A stretch of 64,000 nt of DNA from an uncultured Acidimicrobiaceae bacterium. Lineage in GTDB: Bacteria; Actinomycetota; Acidimicrobiia; Acidimicrobiales; CAYSAC01. The stretch spans positions 25,349-89,348 of the forward strand of contig CAYSAC010000001.1 in the NCBI GenBank assembly GCA_964428815.1. Reading direction: 5' to 3'. The first letter of the stretch is position 1. Each line of letters opens with the position of its first letter. Made by a program: the position numbers and the translations under genes. Below the pieces are notes generated by a model, which had not been told where the DNA came from, made no database searches, and saw only the letters and a list, made by a program, of their open reading frames with translations. This document shows positions 16,651 through 25,355 of the stretch, piece by piece.

Positions 16651-17823
16651 ATGACGGCTCGCACAGGCACGATCACCTATCCGCCTGAGGGGTTCGGTCC
16701 CCCGAAGGATCGCCACGGGAGCGGCACCGGATCGGTCGGTCTGCCGGAAGGCACCGAGGTGTTCTCGGCGGACGACCACATCTCCCTTGCCGAGGACATC
16801 TTCTACGAGCGGTTCCCGGCATCGATGAAGGAGCAAGCACCCCGAGTCGTCTACGACGACGGCGCGTGGACGCTCGCGATCGGCGGGAAGACCTTCCTGC
16901 CGAGGGAGTTCACCGCGGTGCTGATGCAGTACGACCCGTTGGCCGGCGCCGGGACGAACGATCCAGCGGCACGGCTCCGCGAGCTCGAGTCGGACGGCGT
17001 GCACCGGGAGCTCGCATTCCCCAACGCGCTGCTCGGCCTCATGGGCTGGCCAGACAAGGAGGTCCGCGAGCTCTGCTTCCGGATCTACAACGAGCACATC
17101 GCCGAGCTGCAGGAGCGGTCGAACGGCCGCTTCTACGGCGTCGGGATGGTCAACTGGTGGGACGGCGACGGTTGCCGCGACACGCTCGCCGAGATGAAGC
17201 AGCTCGGCATCACGACGTTCTGGATGCCGCTCAAGCCCGGCGCCGGCGACGATGGCAAGCCCATCGACTACAACAGCCCCGCGATGTTCCCCGTGTGGGA
17301 GGCGATCGAGGAGAGCGGCCTCCCGGTGGCGCACCACATCGGCGAGGCACCGCTGGCCTCGCCGTGCCGGGACAACGGCATCCTCGTGGGGATGGTGCAC
17401 AACGTCGCGCCGTTCCGCGAGATGTTCGGGCGCTACGTGTTCGGCGGGATCCTCGACCGCCAGCCGGGCCTGCGGGTCGGCTGGTTCGAGGGAGGCATCA
17501 ACTGGGTCCCCGCGGCGATCCAGGACGGCGAGCACCTGTACGCGTCCCTGCAGCACATGGCCGACCACGAGATCGAGCACGAGGTCGCCCACTACTGGCA
17601 GCACCACATGTACGCCTCGTTCGTGGTCGATCCGCTCGGCCTCGAGATGATCGACCGGATCGGCGTCGACCGGGTGATGTGGTCCTCGGACTACCCGCAC
17701 AACGAGAGCACCTTCGGCTACTCGGATCGGTCGCTCGCCAGCGTCGTCGAGGCGGTCGGTCCCGAAGCGGCCACCAAGATCGTCAGCACGAACGTGATGA
17801 CGTTCCTCGGCCTCGATCGCTGA
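16651..17823 (+). CDS. Amidohydrolase_2-family metal-dependent hydrolase/decarboxylase
   Basis: Start moved to the ATG at 16651 (SD GGGGGAGG 8 nt upstream). N-terminal SADDH motif, C-terminal MWSSDYPHNESTF motif. Confidence 0.85.
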   Translation: MTARTGTITYPPEGFGPPKDRHGSGTGSVGLPEGTEVFSADDHISLAEDIFYERFPASMKEQAPRVVYDDGAWTLAIGGKTFLPREFTAVLMQYDPLAGAGTNDPAARLRELESDGVHRELAFPNALLGLMGWPDKEVRELCFRIYNEHIAELQERSNGRFYGVGMVNWWDGDGCRDTLAEMKQLGITTFWMPLKPGAGDDGKPIDYNSPAMFPVWEAIEESGLPVAHHIGEAPLASPCRDNGILVGMVHNVAPFREMFGRYVFGGILDRQPGLRVGWFEGGINWVPAAIQDGEHLYASLQHMADHEIEHEVAHYWQHHMYASFVVDPLGLEMIDRIGVDRVMWSSDYPHNESTFGYSDRSLASVVEAVGPEAATKIVSTNVMTFLGLDR

Positions 17824-19058
17824 TGGGTGCCGAGCTCACCCTGGCGCCGGCCGCTCTCGACCTCCCCGCGGAGCCAGACCTGGCGCGCATGCGGCGCGAG
17901 CGCGGCACGCGGCTTCGATCGACGATGGCCGACAAGGGCATCGACGCGCTGGTCCTGCTCGCCAACGCCAACGTGTCCTACGCCACCGGAGCCAGCTGGC
18001 CGCTGAGCGACGCTGGACGCGCCAACGTCGAGCGCCCCGTGGCCGTCGTCCTCGCGGGCGACGAGATGCCTCACCTGTTCACCCCGTTCCTCGCAGACGC
18101 CGCCGGCCAGCTCGAGCTCGACGATGATCATCTGCACGGCCCGACCTACCTCGACGTCGACGAGGGCGTCGAATCCTTCGCCAAGGCGCTGGCCGATCTC
18201 CTGCCTGCGAGCGCGACGGTCGCGATCGACGACCTGACCGGGGCGATGCACGGCGCACGGGACCTGCTCTTCGCCGACTGGCCGCCTCGGGCCGCGAGCG
18301 AGGTGATGAGCGCGGCTCGGGTGGTGAAGACCCGCGACGAGCTCGCCTGCCTCCGCCACGGACTCCGGATCACCGAGCAGGCCATGGCCGAGGTGCAGGC
18401 GCGGCTCACGCCCGGTGCGCGCCAGACCGATCTCACGGCGATCTTCCTGCACCGCGTCTTCGAGCTCGGCGCCGAGGCGAACGTCCTCGATCCGATCTGG
18501 CAGGTGATGCCCGACCGGCAGGCAGATCTGCCGTGGACCGTCCACGGTGACATCGCCTGCCCGCTGCTGAGCACCGAGCGGGCGCTGGCCAAGGGGGACG
18601 TCCTCTGGGTCGACACCGGCATCAGCTTCGGCGGGTACCACTCCGACTTCGGCCGTACGTGGGTCGTCGGGGCCGAGCCGACCGCTCGCCAGCAGGCCCA
18701 GCACGACCGGTGGCTCGAGATCAACGACGCGGTCCTCTCGGTGATGCGCGCCGGCGTCGCCGCCTCGGACCTCACCGCTGCCGCGATGGAGGTCTGCGGC
18801 GGCGAGCGGCCCTGGATGGCGCACTTCTACCTCGGCCACGGGCTCGGGCTCGACAGCGCGGAGGCGCCCTACGTCGGCACCGACCTGGGCGACGGCTACG
18901 ACCGGCGGCTGCTCCTCGCCGCCGGCATGGTGCTCATGATCGAGCCGGTCGTGTGGGACGAGGGCCACAGCGGCTACCGGTCCGAGAACATGATCGTCGT
19001 CACCGACGACGGGTGCGTGAACCTCAGCGACTACCCGTACGACCCCTATGGCGACTGA
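17823..19058 (+). CDS. M24-family metallopeptidase-fold protein (Xaa-Pro peptidase/creatinase-like), ligand set intact
   Basis: ATG overlaps the upstream TGA (TGATG). VDTGISFGGYHSDFGRTW, LGHGLGL, MIEP and RSEN supply the D, D, H, E, E positions. Confidence 0.85.
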   Translation: MGAELTLAPAALDLPAEPDLARMRRERGTRLRSTMADKGIDALVLLANANVSYATGASWPLSDAGRANVERPVAVVLAGDEMPHLFTPFLADAAGQLELDDDHLHGPTYLDVDEGVESFAKALADLLPASATVAIDDLTGAMHGARDLLFADWPPRAASEVMSAARVVKTRDELACLRHGLRITEQAMAEVQARLTPGARQTDLTAIFLHRVFELGAEANVLDPIWQVMPDRQADLPWTVHGDIACPLLSTERALAKGDVLWVDTGISFGGYHSDFGRTWVVGAEPTARQQAQHDRWLEINDAVLSVMRAGVAASDLTAAAMEVCGGERPWMAHFYLGHGLGLDSAEAPYVGTDLGDGYDRRLLLAAGMVLMIEPVVWDEGHSGYRSENMIVVTDDGCVNLSDYPYDPYGD

Positions 19059-20193
19059 GACGCTTCCGGACCACGCCGCCCTCCGGCACGGGCGCCGCCA
19101 GCGGGCGTTCGCGGCGATGGAGGCGCACGACCTCGACGTGCTCGTGCTCGGGCGGGTCGCCAACATGCGCTACGCGTCGGGCGTGCCGCTGCTCTGGAAC
19201 GCCGGCACGCGCCCGTTCGGCCCCGGCTGCGTGGTGGTGCGCGCCACGCAGGAGATCTACCTCCTCAGCACCTGGGACGAGGGCGTCCCGGAGGAGATCC
19301 CCCACGATCACCTGTACGGGATCACGTGGAACCCGATGAACCTCGTCAAGGTGCTCGAGGGCATCGCGGCCGAAGCGCAGCCCGCTCGCGTCGGCACCGA
19401 CGCGATGTCGCCTCTGTTCGCACAGCTGCTGCCGATGGCATTCCCCGACGCCGACATCGTCGACGGCGGACCAGCACTGCGAGCGGCTCGGCGCATCAAG
19501 ACCGACGACGAGGTCGACGCCATCCGAGCTGCCATCGAGGTCGCGGACCGGGCGTTGGCGGCAGCGGTGGCCGAGCTGAGGCCTGGAGTGAGCGAACGCG
19601 AGCTCACGGGCGTCTTCATGGATGCGATGGCGTCGCGCGGCGTCACGACACCCGCGACGCAGGACGTCGTCCACATCACCACGACAGGAACCGCCCGACC
19701 CCCCGGCGACGGCCGGCCCGTGCAGGACGGCGACCTCGTCGCGTTCGACGCCGGCGTCGTCGCCGACGGCTACGCCGGCGAGGTGGGGCGGACCTGGCCG
19801 GTCGGCCTCGAGGGCAGCACGGCGACCGTCACGGACCTCTACCGACGGTGGGACGAGCTGTGGGCGCGGCTCCTCGATGCCTGCCAACCCGGCGCCGCCG
19901 CCAGCGGGCTCTTCGACGCCTACCGTGCGGCGGGTGAGCCGATCCCGAAGATGCCGATCGGGCGCGGTCTGGGCCTCGGCTTCGATGACCCGGTGATCAC
20001 TCGTGATCTGCCCGAGACCGCATCGAGGGAGCGGCTCGACCCGGGCGTCGTCCTCGTCGTCACCGGCTGTGTCTTCGACGACGCGGTTGGTGCCGTCATC
20101 GCGCACGAGCCGGTCCTCATCACCCCCGATGGGCCGGAGGTGCTGTCGAGCAGCCCGTTCTGGAACCCCGATCACGCAGGAGCGCACCCATGA
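19048..20193 (+). CDS. M24-fold paralog with a degenerate metal-ligand set
   Basis: Same fold pattern, but it reads FDAGVVADGYAGEVGRTW (second D to E), GRGLGLG (H to R), VVTGCV (E to T) and AHEP (E kept). 11-nt overlap with the upstream gene. Confidence 0.8.
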   Translation: MATETLPDHAALRHGRRQRAFAAMEAHDLDVLVLGRVANMRYASGVPLLWNAGTRPFGPGCVVVRATQEIYLLSTWDEGVPEEIPHDHLYGITWNPMNLVKVLEGIAAEAQPARVGTDAMSPLFAQLLPMAFPDADIVDGGPALRAARRIKTDDEVDAIRAAIEVADRALAAAVAELRPGVSERELTGVFMDAMASRGVTTPATQDVVHITTTGTARPPGDGRPVQDGDLVAFDAGVVADGYAGEVGRTWPVGLEGSTATVTDLYRRWDELWARLLDACQPGAAASGLFDAYRAAGEPIPKMPIGRGLGLGFDDPVITRDLPETASRERLDPGVVLVVTGCVFDDAVGAVIAHEPVLITPDGPEVLSSSPFWNPDHAGAHP

Positions 20194-21143
20194 GCGATGA
20201 CGCCGATCCCGAAGCTGACTGGATCCTCTACGAGAAGGATCCCGCGACCAAGATCGCAACGCTGACCCTCAACCGGCCCGACCGGCTCAACGCGCCGACC
20301 ATCGGCATGCGGCTCCGGTACGCCCACCTGCTGCACCAGGCCAACATCGACGACGACGTGAAGGTCCTCGTGATCCGCGGTGCCGGCGACGACTTCGGCA
20401 CCGGCCAGGACCTCCCCGAGTTCATGGAGGCGGTGCGATCCGACGACGGCCTCCTGCGCGAGGTGCAGCTCGAGGGCGCCGACGTCACCTACCCGCCCCG
20501 CCGCAACTTCCGGCACGGCGCCACGACCACCCAGGCGTGGTTCACCGACCCGCGCGGCGGCTGCCGGACGCTCCAGGAGTTCAAGAAGATCTCGATCGTC
20601 GAGGCCAAGGGATACGTCTACGGCTGGCACTTCTACCAAGCCGGTGACGCCGACCTCGTGATCGCGTCGGACGACGCGCTGTTCGGCCACGCCGCCTTCC
20701 GCTATGCGGGAGCGGCGCCTCGGATGTGGTGGTGGGCCATGTCGATGGGGATCCGGAAGTTCCAGGAGATGGTCTTCACCGGCCGGCCCTTCACCGCGGA
20801 CGAGATGGCCGAGTGCGGCTTCGTGAACAGCGTGGTGCCTCGCGACGAGCTCGAGGCCGAGGTCCAGAAGTACGCGTTGGCGTGCGCGCAGAACCGGCCG
20901 ACCGACGTGATCTTCATGCAGAAGACGTTCTTCGAGATCATGAAGCAGTTCCAGGGTGAGTACATGGGGAGCCTGCTCAGCGGTGTGCTCGAGTCGATGG
21001 CGGGCTACGGCCGGCCGGACGCAGACGAGCTGGGAACCGACGACGCGATCGATCAGGGCTTGTCGAAGGCGGTCAAGGACTTCGACAGCCGGTTCCCGCC
21101 TGAGTGGCGGCTCAGCAAGAAGGGGCGCGCGGCGCCCGAATGA
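20190..21143 (+). CDS. Enoyl-CoA hydratase/isomerase (crotonase) family protein
   Basis: ATLTLNRPDRLNA...VLVIRGAGDDFGTGQDL crotonase signature. ATGA overlaps at both ends. Confidence 0.85.
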   Translation: MSDDADPEADWILYEKDPATKIATLTLNRPDRLNAPTIGMRLRYAHLLHQANIDDDVKVLVIRGAGDDFGTGQDLPEFMEAVRSDDGLLREVQLEGADVTYPPRRNFRHGATTTQAWFTDPRGGCRTLQEFKKISIVEAKGYVYGWHFYQAGDADLVIASDDALFGHAAFRYAGAAPRMWWWAMSMGIRKFQEMVFTGRPFTADEMAECGFVNSVVPRDELEAEVQKYALACAQNRPTDVIFMQKTFFEIMKQFQGEYMGSLLSGVLESMAGYGRPDADELGTDDAIDQGLSKAVKDFDSRFPPEWRLSKKGRAAPE

Positions 21144-23542
21144 GCTCGCCGCTGGCTAGTTACGTCGTCGTCGATCTCTCGAGCGGGATCGCCGGTGCGT
21201 ACTGCACGAAGCTCCTCGCCGACGGCGGCGCCGAGGTCATCAAGGTGGAAGCGCCCGAGGGCGATCGGCTGCGCGGCTGGTCCGCCTCCGGAGCCTCGAT
21301 CCCCGCCGGTGGTGACGGCGCGCTGTTCACGTTCCTGTCGTCGACGAAGCAGAGCATGGTCGCCGACCCGGACGACGACGGTGACCTCGAGCAGGTGCAT
21401 GCGCTGCTGGAGCGGGCCGACGCGGTGGTTTGGTCGAGCGGGTCGCGCCTGGCCGAGCTCCCGGCGCTCGCGCCGGACGCCATCCGCAGCGCCGCCTCGC
21501 ACCTGACCGTGACCTCGATCACGCCGTTCGGCCTGGAAGGGCCATGGAGCGACAGCGCCGCGACCGAGTTCACGCTGCAGGCCTGGTCGGGCGGGATCAT
21601 CGGTCTCGGACGCGGCTCGCGAGAGCGGGCGCCGGTGTTCGTCGGCGGCCAGATCGGCGAGTGGCTCTCGGGGGTCTACGCGGCGATCGGAACGATGGTC
21701 TCGCTGGCGCGAGCGCAGCGCGACGGACCTGGCGAGCTCGTCGACCTGTCGATGCTCGAGACGCTCGCATCGTGCCTCACGTACTACCCCGTGACCTACG
21801 CCGACATGGTGGGCCGACCCTTCCGGAGCGGACGGGCCATCGTCACGCCAGGGGTGGAGACGACGAGCGACGGCCTCGTCGGCGTCGGCGTCGGCACCGG
21901 CCAGCAGTGGCTGGACTTCTGCGTGATGGTCGATCATCCGGAGTGGATGGAGGACCGCAAGCTCTTCGCCAACCGCGCCCACCTGCAACCGGCCATCGCA
22001 GCGTGGATGGCCGAGCACACGACCGCAGAGGTGCTCGAGCTCACGGGCGCGTTCCGGATCCCGCACGCACCCATCGGCAACGGCGCGACGATCCCGGCGA
22101 CCGACCACTTCCGGGCGCGCCGATCGATCGTTCGCAACCCTCGGGGTGGCTTCGACGAGCCCGACCGTCCATACCGGTTCGACCCACCCCTCCTCCGTGC
22201 GGCTGAGCGTGCGCCGCGGCTGGGCGAAAACGGCAGCACGCGACAGGAGTCGCCACGGCCGGACGCGCAGGACAGCGCCACGCCTGTGACGGAGCAGACC
22301 CCGTTGCACGGCCTGCGCGTGCTCGACCTCACCGCGTTCTGGGCTGGCCCGCTCTGCACGCACGTGCTGGCGATGCTCGGGGCCGATGTCCTGCACATCG
22401 AGTCGACCGCACGCCCGGACGGCACCCGCTTCCTCGCTGGCCTGCGCTTCTCGGAACCCGACTGGTGGGAGCGATCCGGAATCTTCGCCGGGCTGAACAC
22501 CAACAAGCAGAGCGTGACGCTCGACCTCAGCGCGGAACGAGGGCGGGAGCTGCTGGGCCGGCTGATCGCATCCTGCGACGTCATCGTCGAGAACTACACG
22601 CCGCGCGTGCTGGAGCAGCTGGGCTTCGACGTCGAGGCCGTCAGCGCCATCCGTCCCGATGTCGTCATGGTCCGGATGCCTGGCTTCGGGCTGGACGGTC
22701 CGTGGCGCGATGACCCGGCCTTCGCCTTCGTCATCGAGGACGCGTCGGGGCTGACGTGGATGACCGGGTACCCGGACCAGAACCCGATCTCGCCCTACTG
22801 CGTGGGCGACTCGAACGCTGGCGCGCACGCGCTGTGCGGCCTGCTCATCGCACTCGAGCACCGCCGCCGCACCGGTGAAGGTGTTCTCGTCGAGGCGTCG
22901 ATGGTGGATGCTGCGCTCAACGTCGCAGCGGAGCAGGTCGTCGAGCACTCCGCCTACGGAGCGCTCCTCGAGCGGGACGGGAACCGAGGACCCACTGCCG
23001 CGCCACAGAACCTCTACCTCACGGCGGACGCCGACGACGCCGGCGAGCGCGACCGATGGGTCGCTGTCGCCGTCGCCACCGACGATCAGTGGCTGGCACT
23101 ACGAGACGCGCTGGGCCGCCCCGGGTGGGCCATGGAGCCAGCGCTTCTGACAGCTGCGGGGCGGCGACAGCAGCACGACGACATCGATCGCCACCTGGCG
23201 AGCTGGTGCGACGCGCGGACCGGCGACGAGATCATCGACTGCCTCTGGGGAGCTGGGGTCCCGGTCGCGAAGGTGATGCAGCCCCACGAGCAGCCGACGC
23301 TCCCCCAGCTGCAGTTCCGCGGCTTCTTCGAGGAGGTCGACCGGCCGGTCACGGGAACCGCCCGGCACAGCACGTTGCCGATCCGTTTCTCGCGAGGACC
23401 CGACCGGTTCCATCGCCGACCCGCACCGTTGCTGGGCGAGCACAACGAGGCGGTACTGCACGACCTCGGGATCTCTGGCGACGAGCTGGCAGAGCTCGGC
23501 GAACAGGGCGTCATCGGACGCGTCCCCGACGCCGCCCGCTAG
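21140..23542 (+). CDS. Tandem double-domain family-III CoA-transferase (CaiB/BaiF x2 in one chain)
   Basis: Two consecutive CaiB-type N-termini (VVVDLSSGIAGAYCTKLLADGGAEVIKVE and LRVLDLTAFWAGPLCTHVLAMLGADVLHIES), each followed by a full domain. 800 aa. Confidence 0.85.
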   Translation: MSSPLASYVVVDLSSGIAGAYCTKLLADGGAEVIKVEAPEGDRLRGWSASGASIPAGGDGALFTFLSSTKQSMVADPDDDGDLEQVHALLERADAVVWSSGSRLAELPALAPDAIRSAASHLTVTSITPFGLEGPWSDSAATEFTLQAWSGGIIGLGRGSRERAPVFVGGQIGEWLSGVYAAIGTMVSLARAQRDGPGELVDLSMLETLASCLTYYPVTYADMVGRPFRSGRAIVTPGVETTSDGLVGVGVGTGQQWLDFCVMVDHPEWMEDRKLFANRAHLQPAIAAWMAEHTTAEVLELTGAFRIPHAPIGNGATIPATDHFRARRSIVRNPRGGFDEPDRPYRFDPPLLRAAERAPRLGENGSTRQESPRPDAQDSATPVTEQTPLHGLRVLDLTAFWAGPLCTHVLAMLGADVLHIESTARPDGTRFLAGLRFSEPDWWERSGIFAGLNTNKQSVTLDLSAERGRELLGRLIASCDVIVENYTPRVLEQLGFDVEAVSAIRPDVVMVRMPGFGLDGPWRDDPAFAFVIEDASGLTWMTGYPDQNPISPYCVGDSNAGAHALCGLLIALEHRRRTGEGVLVEASMVDAALNVAAEQVVEHSAYGALLERDGNRGPTAAPQNLYLTADADDAGERDRWVAVAVATDDQWLALRDALGRPGWAMEPALLTAAGRRQQHDDIDRHLASWCDARTGDEIIDCLWGAGVPVAKVMQPHEQPTLPQLQFRGFFEEVDRPVTGTARHSTLPIRFSRGPDRFHRRPAPLLGEHNEAVLHDLGISGDELAELGEQGVIGRVPDAAR

Positions 23543-23551
23543 GTTCAGCGA

Positions 23552-24073
23552 GTGCCCCACCCGCTCGCCTACGACCCGGTCGAAGCGTCGCGAGAGCGCT
23601 GGATCCAACAGGGCTGGAGCGACACAGCTGGGGGCATGGCCGCAGTCGTCTCGGTGATGCGAGCCGAGCAGATCTTCCTCAACCGAGCCAACGACATCCT
23701 GCGACCGCTCGGGCTGACCTTCGCTCGCTATCAGGTGCTCGGAATGGTGCGATGGGCCGGCCCGTTGACGCTCGGCGCGGTCGGCCACCGCTTGTGGATC
23801 ACGCCGGCGACGGTGACCAGCGCGATCGACCGTCTCGAGGCGGCGGACCTGTGTCGCCGCGTGTCCCACCCCACCGACGCCCGCGCCACGCTCCTCGAGA
23901 TCACCGCCAAGGGACGACGCCTGTTCGACCGCGCGGTCGAGAAGCTGAACACCGATCTCTTCGGCATGGTCGGGCTCTCTGAGGAGGAGCTCAACCTGCT
24001 CGTAGGACTCATCGAGAAGATCCGTGCCGCCGAGGGCGACGTCGTCGCGGTGAACCGGCGCGAGCCCAGCTGA
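23552..24073 (+). CDS. MarR-family transcriptional regulator
   Basis: LGLTFARYQVLGMV...LTLGAVGHRLWITPATVTSAIDRLEAADLCRRVSHPTDARATLLEITAKG is a winged-helix MarR pattern. GTG start 9 nt after the upstream stop. Confidence 0.85.
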   Translation: MPHPLAYDPVEASRERWIQQGWSDTAGGMAAVVSVMRAEQIFLNRANDILRPLGLTFARYQVLGMVRWAGPLTLGAVGHRLWITPATVTSAIDRLEAADLCRRVSHPTDARATLLEITAKGRRLFDRAVEKLNTDLFGMVGLSEEELNLLVGLIEKIRAAEGDVVAVNRREPS

Positions 24074-24115
24074 TCGGGCCGGAGTGGGCCCCCGTTGGGG
24101 CTACGGTCCGCTGTG

Positions 24116-25336
24116 ATGAGCGCCACCGCTGACCGCTACACGGTGATCTCGTCGGACACGCACGCGGGCGGCAGCCACGCGATGTACCGCGAGTACCTCG
24201 ACCCTCAGTACCTCGAGGACTTCGACGCATGGCGAGGCAAGTACAAGAACCCGTTCAGCGACCTCGGCGACCAGCGCCGGCTGCGCAACTGGGACGATGA
24301 GATGCGCAACTCCCAGCAGAACGACGACGGCGTCGTGGGCGAGGTGATCTTTCCCAACACCGTGCCGCCGTTCTTCCCCAGCTTCGTCCTCTTCGCTCGG
24401 CCACCCACGCCCGAGCAGTACGAGCACCGCATCGCCGGCATGCGCGCCCACAACCGCTGGCTCGTCGACTTCTGCAGCCGAGCGCCCGAGCGACGCGCGG
24501 GCATCGGCCAGATCTTCCTCAACGACATCGACGACGCCATCGATGACGTGCACTGGATCAAGGAGCACGGACTGCGCGGGGGCATCCTGCTGCCGACCAT
24601 CCCACCCGACGTGAGCTGGATCAAGCCCCTGAACCATCCGGACCACGACCGGCTGTGGGCCGTCTGCCAGGACCTGGAGGTGCCGGTCAACTGCCACGGC
24701 GGCACGGGCTCACCCGCCTACGAGCCGGTGCCGTCCTCCGCACTGGTGATGATCGCCGAGGTGCAGACCTACTCGCAGAGGCCCTTGCTCTTCATGATCC
24801 TCTCCGGCGTGTTCGAGCGCTTCCCCCGCCTTCGCTTCGTGATGACCGAGCAGGGCTGCTCCTGGGTGCCGCCGCTGCTCAAGCAGCTTGACGGCATCCT
24901 GAAGAGCGTCCGTGACCGCGGCGCCATCGGCGAGCTGCGCTTCAAGCCGGAGCACACGCTGCCGCGCTCCGCGACGGAGTACTTCCACCAGAACGTGTGG
25001 ATCGGCGCCAGCTTCCCCCAGCGCTCCGACGTCGCGGCCGCTCGGTCGACGATCGGCATCGACCGGTTCATGTGGGGCAGCGACTATCCCCACGACGAGG
25101 GCACCTACCCGTACTCGACGCTCGCCCTGCGCCAGGTCTTCAGCGACTGGGACGAGACCGAGCTCCGCAAGGTCCTCGCAACGAACGCCGCCGAGCTCTA
25201 CGACTTCGACCTCGAGGCCCTCGACGCCGCGGCAGCCAAGGTCGGGCCACGGGTCGCAGAGGTCGCGCAACCGCTGCTCGACCTGCCGGCGGAGCCGAAC
25301 GAGGCGCTCCTGCGCAACGCCCGCACCACCGCCTAG
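24116..25336 (+). CDS. Amidohydrolase_2-family protein
   Basis: VISSDTHAGG N-terminal metal motif, FMWGSDYPHDEGTY C-terminal motif. The start is ambiguous between TTG 24095 and ATG 24116. Confidence 0.8.
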   Translation: MSATADRYTVISSDTHAGGSHAMYREYLDPQYLEDFDAWRGKYKNPFSDLGDQRRLRNWDDEMRNSQQNDDGVVGEVIFPNTVPPFFPSFVLFARPPTPEQYEHRIAGMRAHNRWLVDFCSRAPERRAGIGQIFLNDIDDAIDDVHWIKEHGLRGGILLPTIPPDVSWIKPLNHPDHDRLWAVCQDLEVPVNCHGGTGSPAYEPVPSSALVMIAEVQTYSQRPLLFMILSGVFERFPRLRFVMTEQGCSWVPPLLKQLDGILKSVRDRGAIGELRFKPEHTLPRSATEYFHQNVWIGASFPQRSDVAAARSTIGIDRFMWGSDYPHDEGTYPYSTLALRQVFSDWDETELRKVLATNAAELYDFDLEALDAAAAKVGPRVAEVAQPLLDLPAEPNEALLRNARTTA

Positions 25337-25355
25337 CGCCCAACCGCGGGCGAGG

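Noticed and set aside
21053-22948. 631-aa minus-strand ORF antisense to the double CoA-transferase. Likewise 24912..26615, 26811..28091, 38426..39679, 37929..39296, 50783..52522, 59720..61327 and 61348..62424.
   Set aside because: Antisense shadows of well-supported genes. Arg/His/Pro-rich, no motifs, no SD-start context.
25337-25355. Intrinsic terminator in the 19-nt convergent gap between the amidohydrolase and the carboxylesterase, and at other convergent junctions.
   Set aside because: No stem-loop followed by a T-run is visible at any of them. The gaps are too short or absent.
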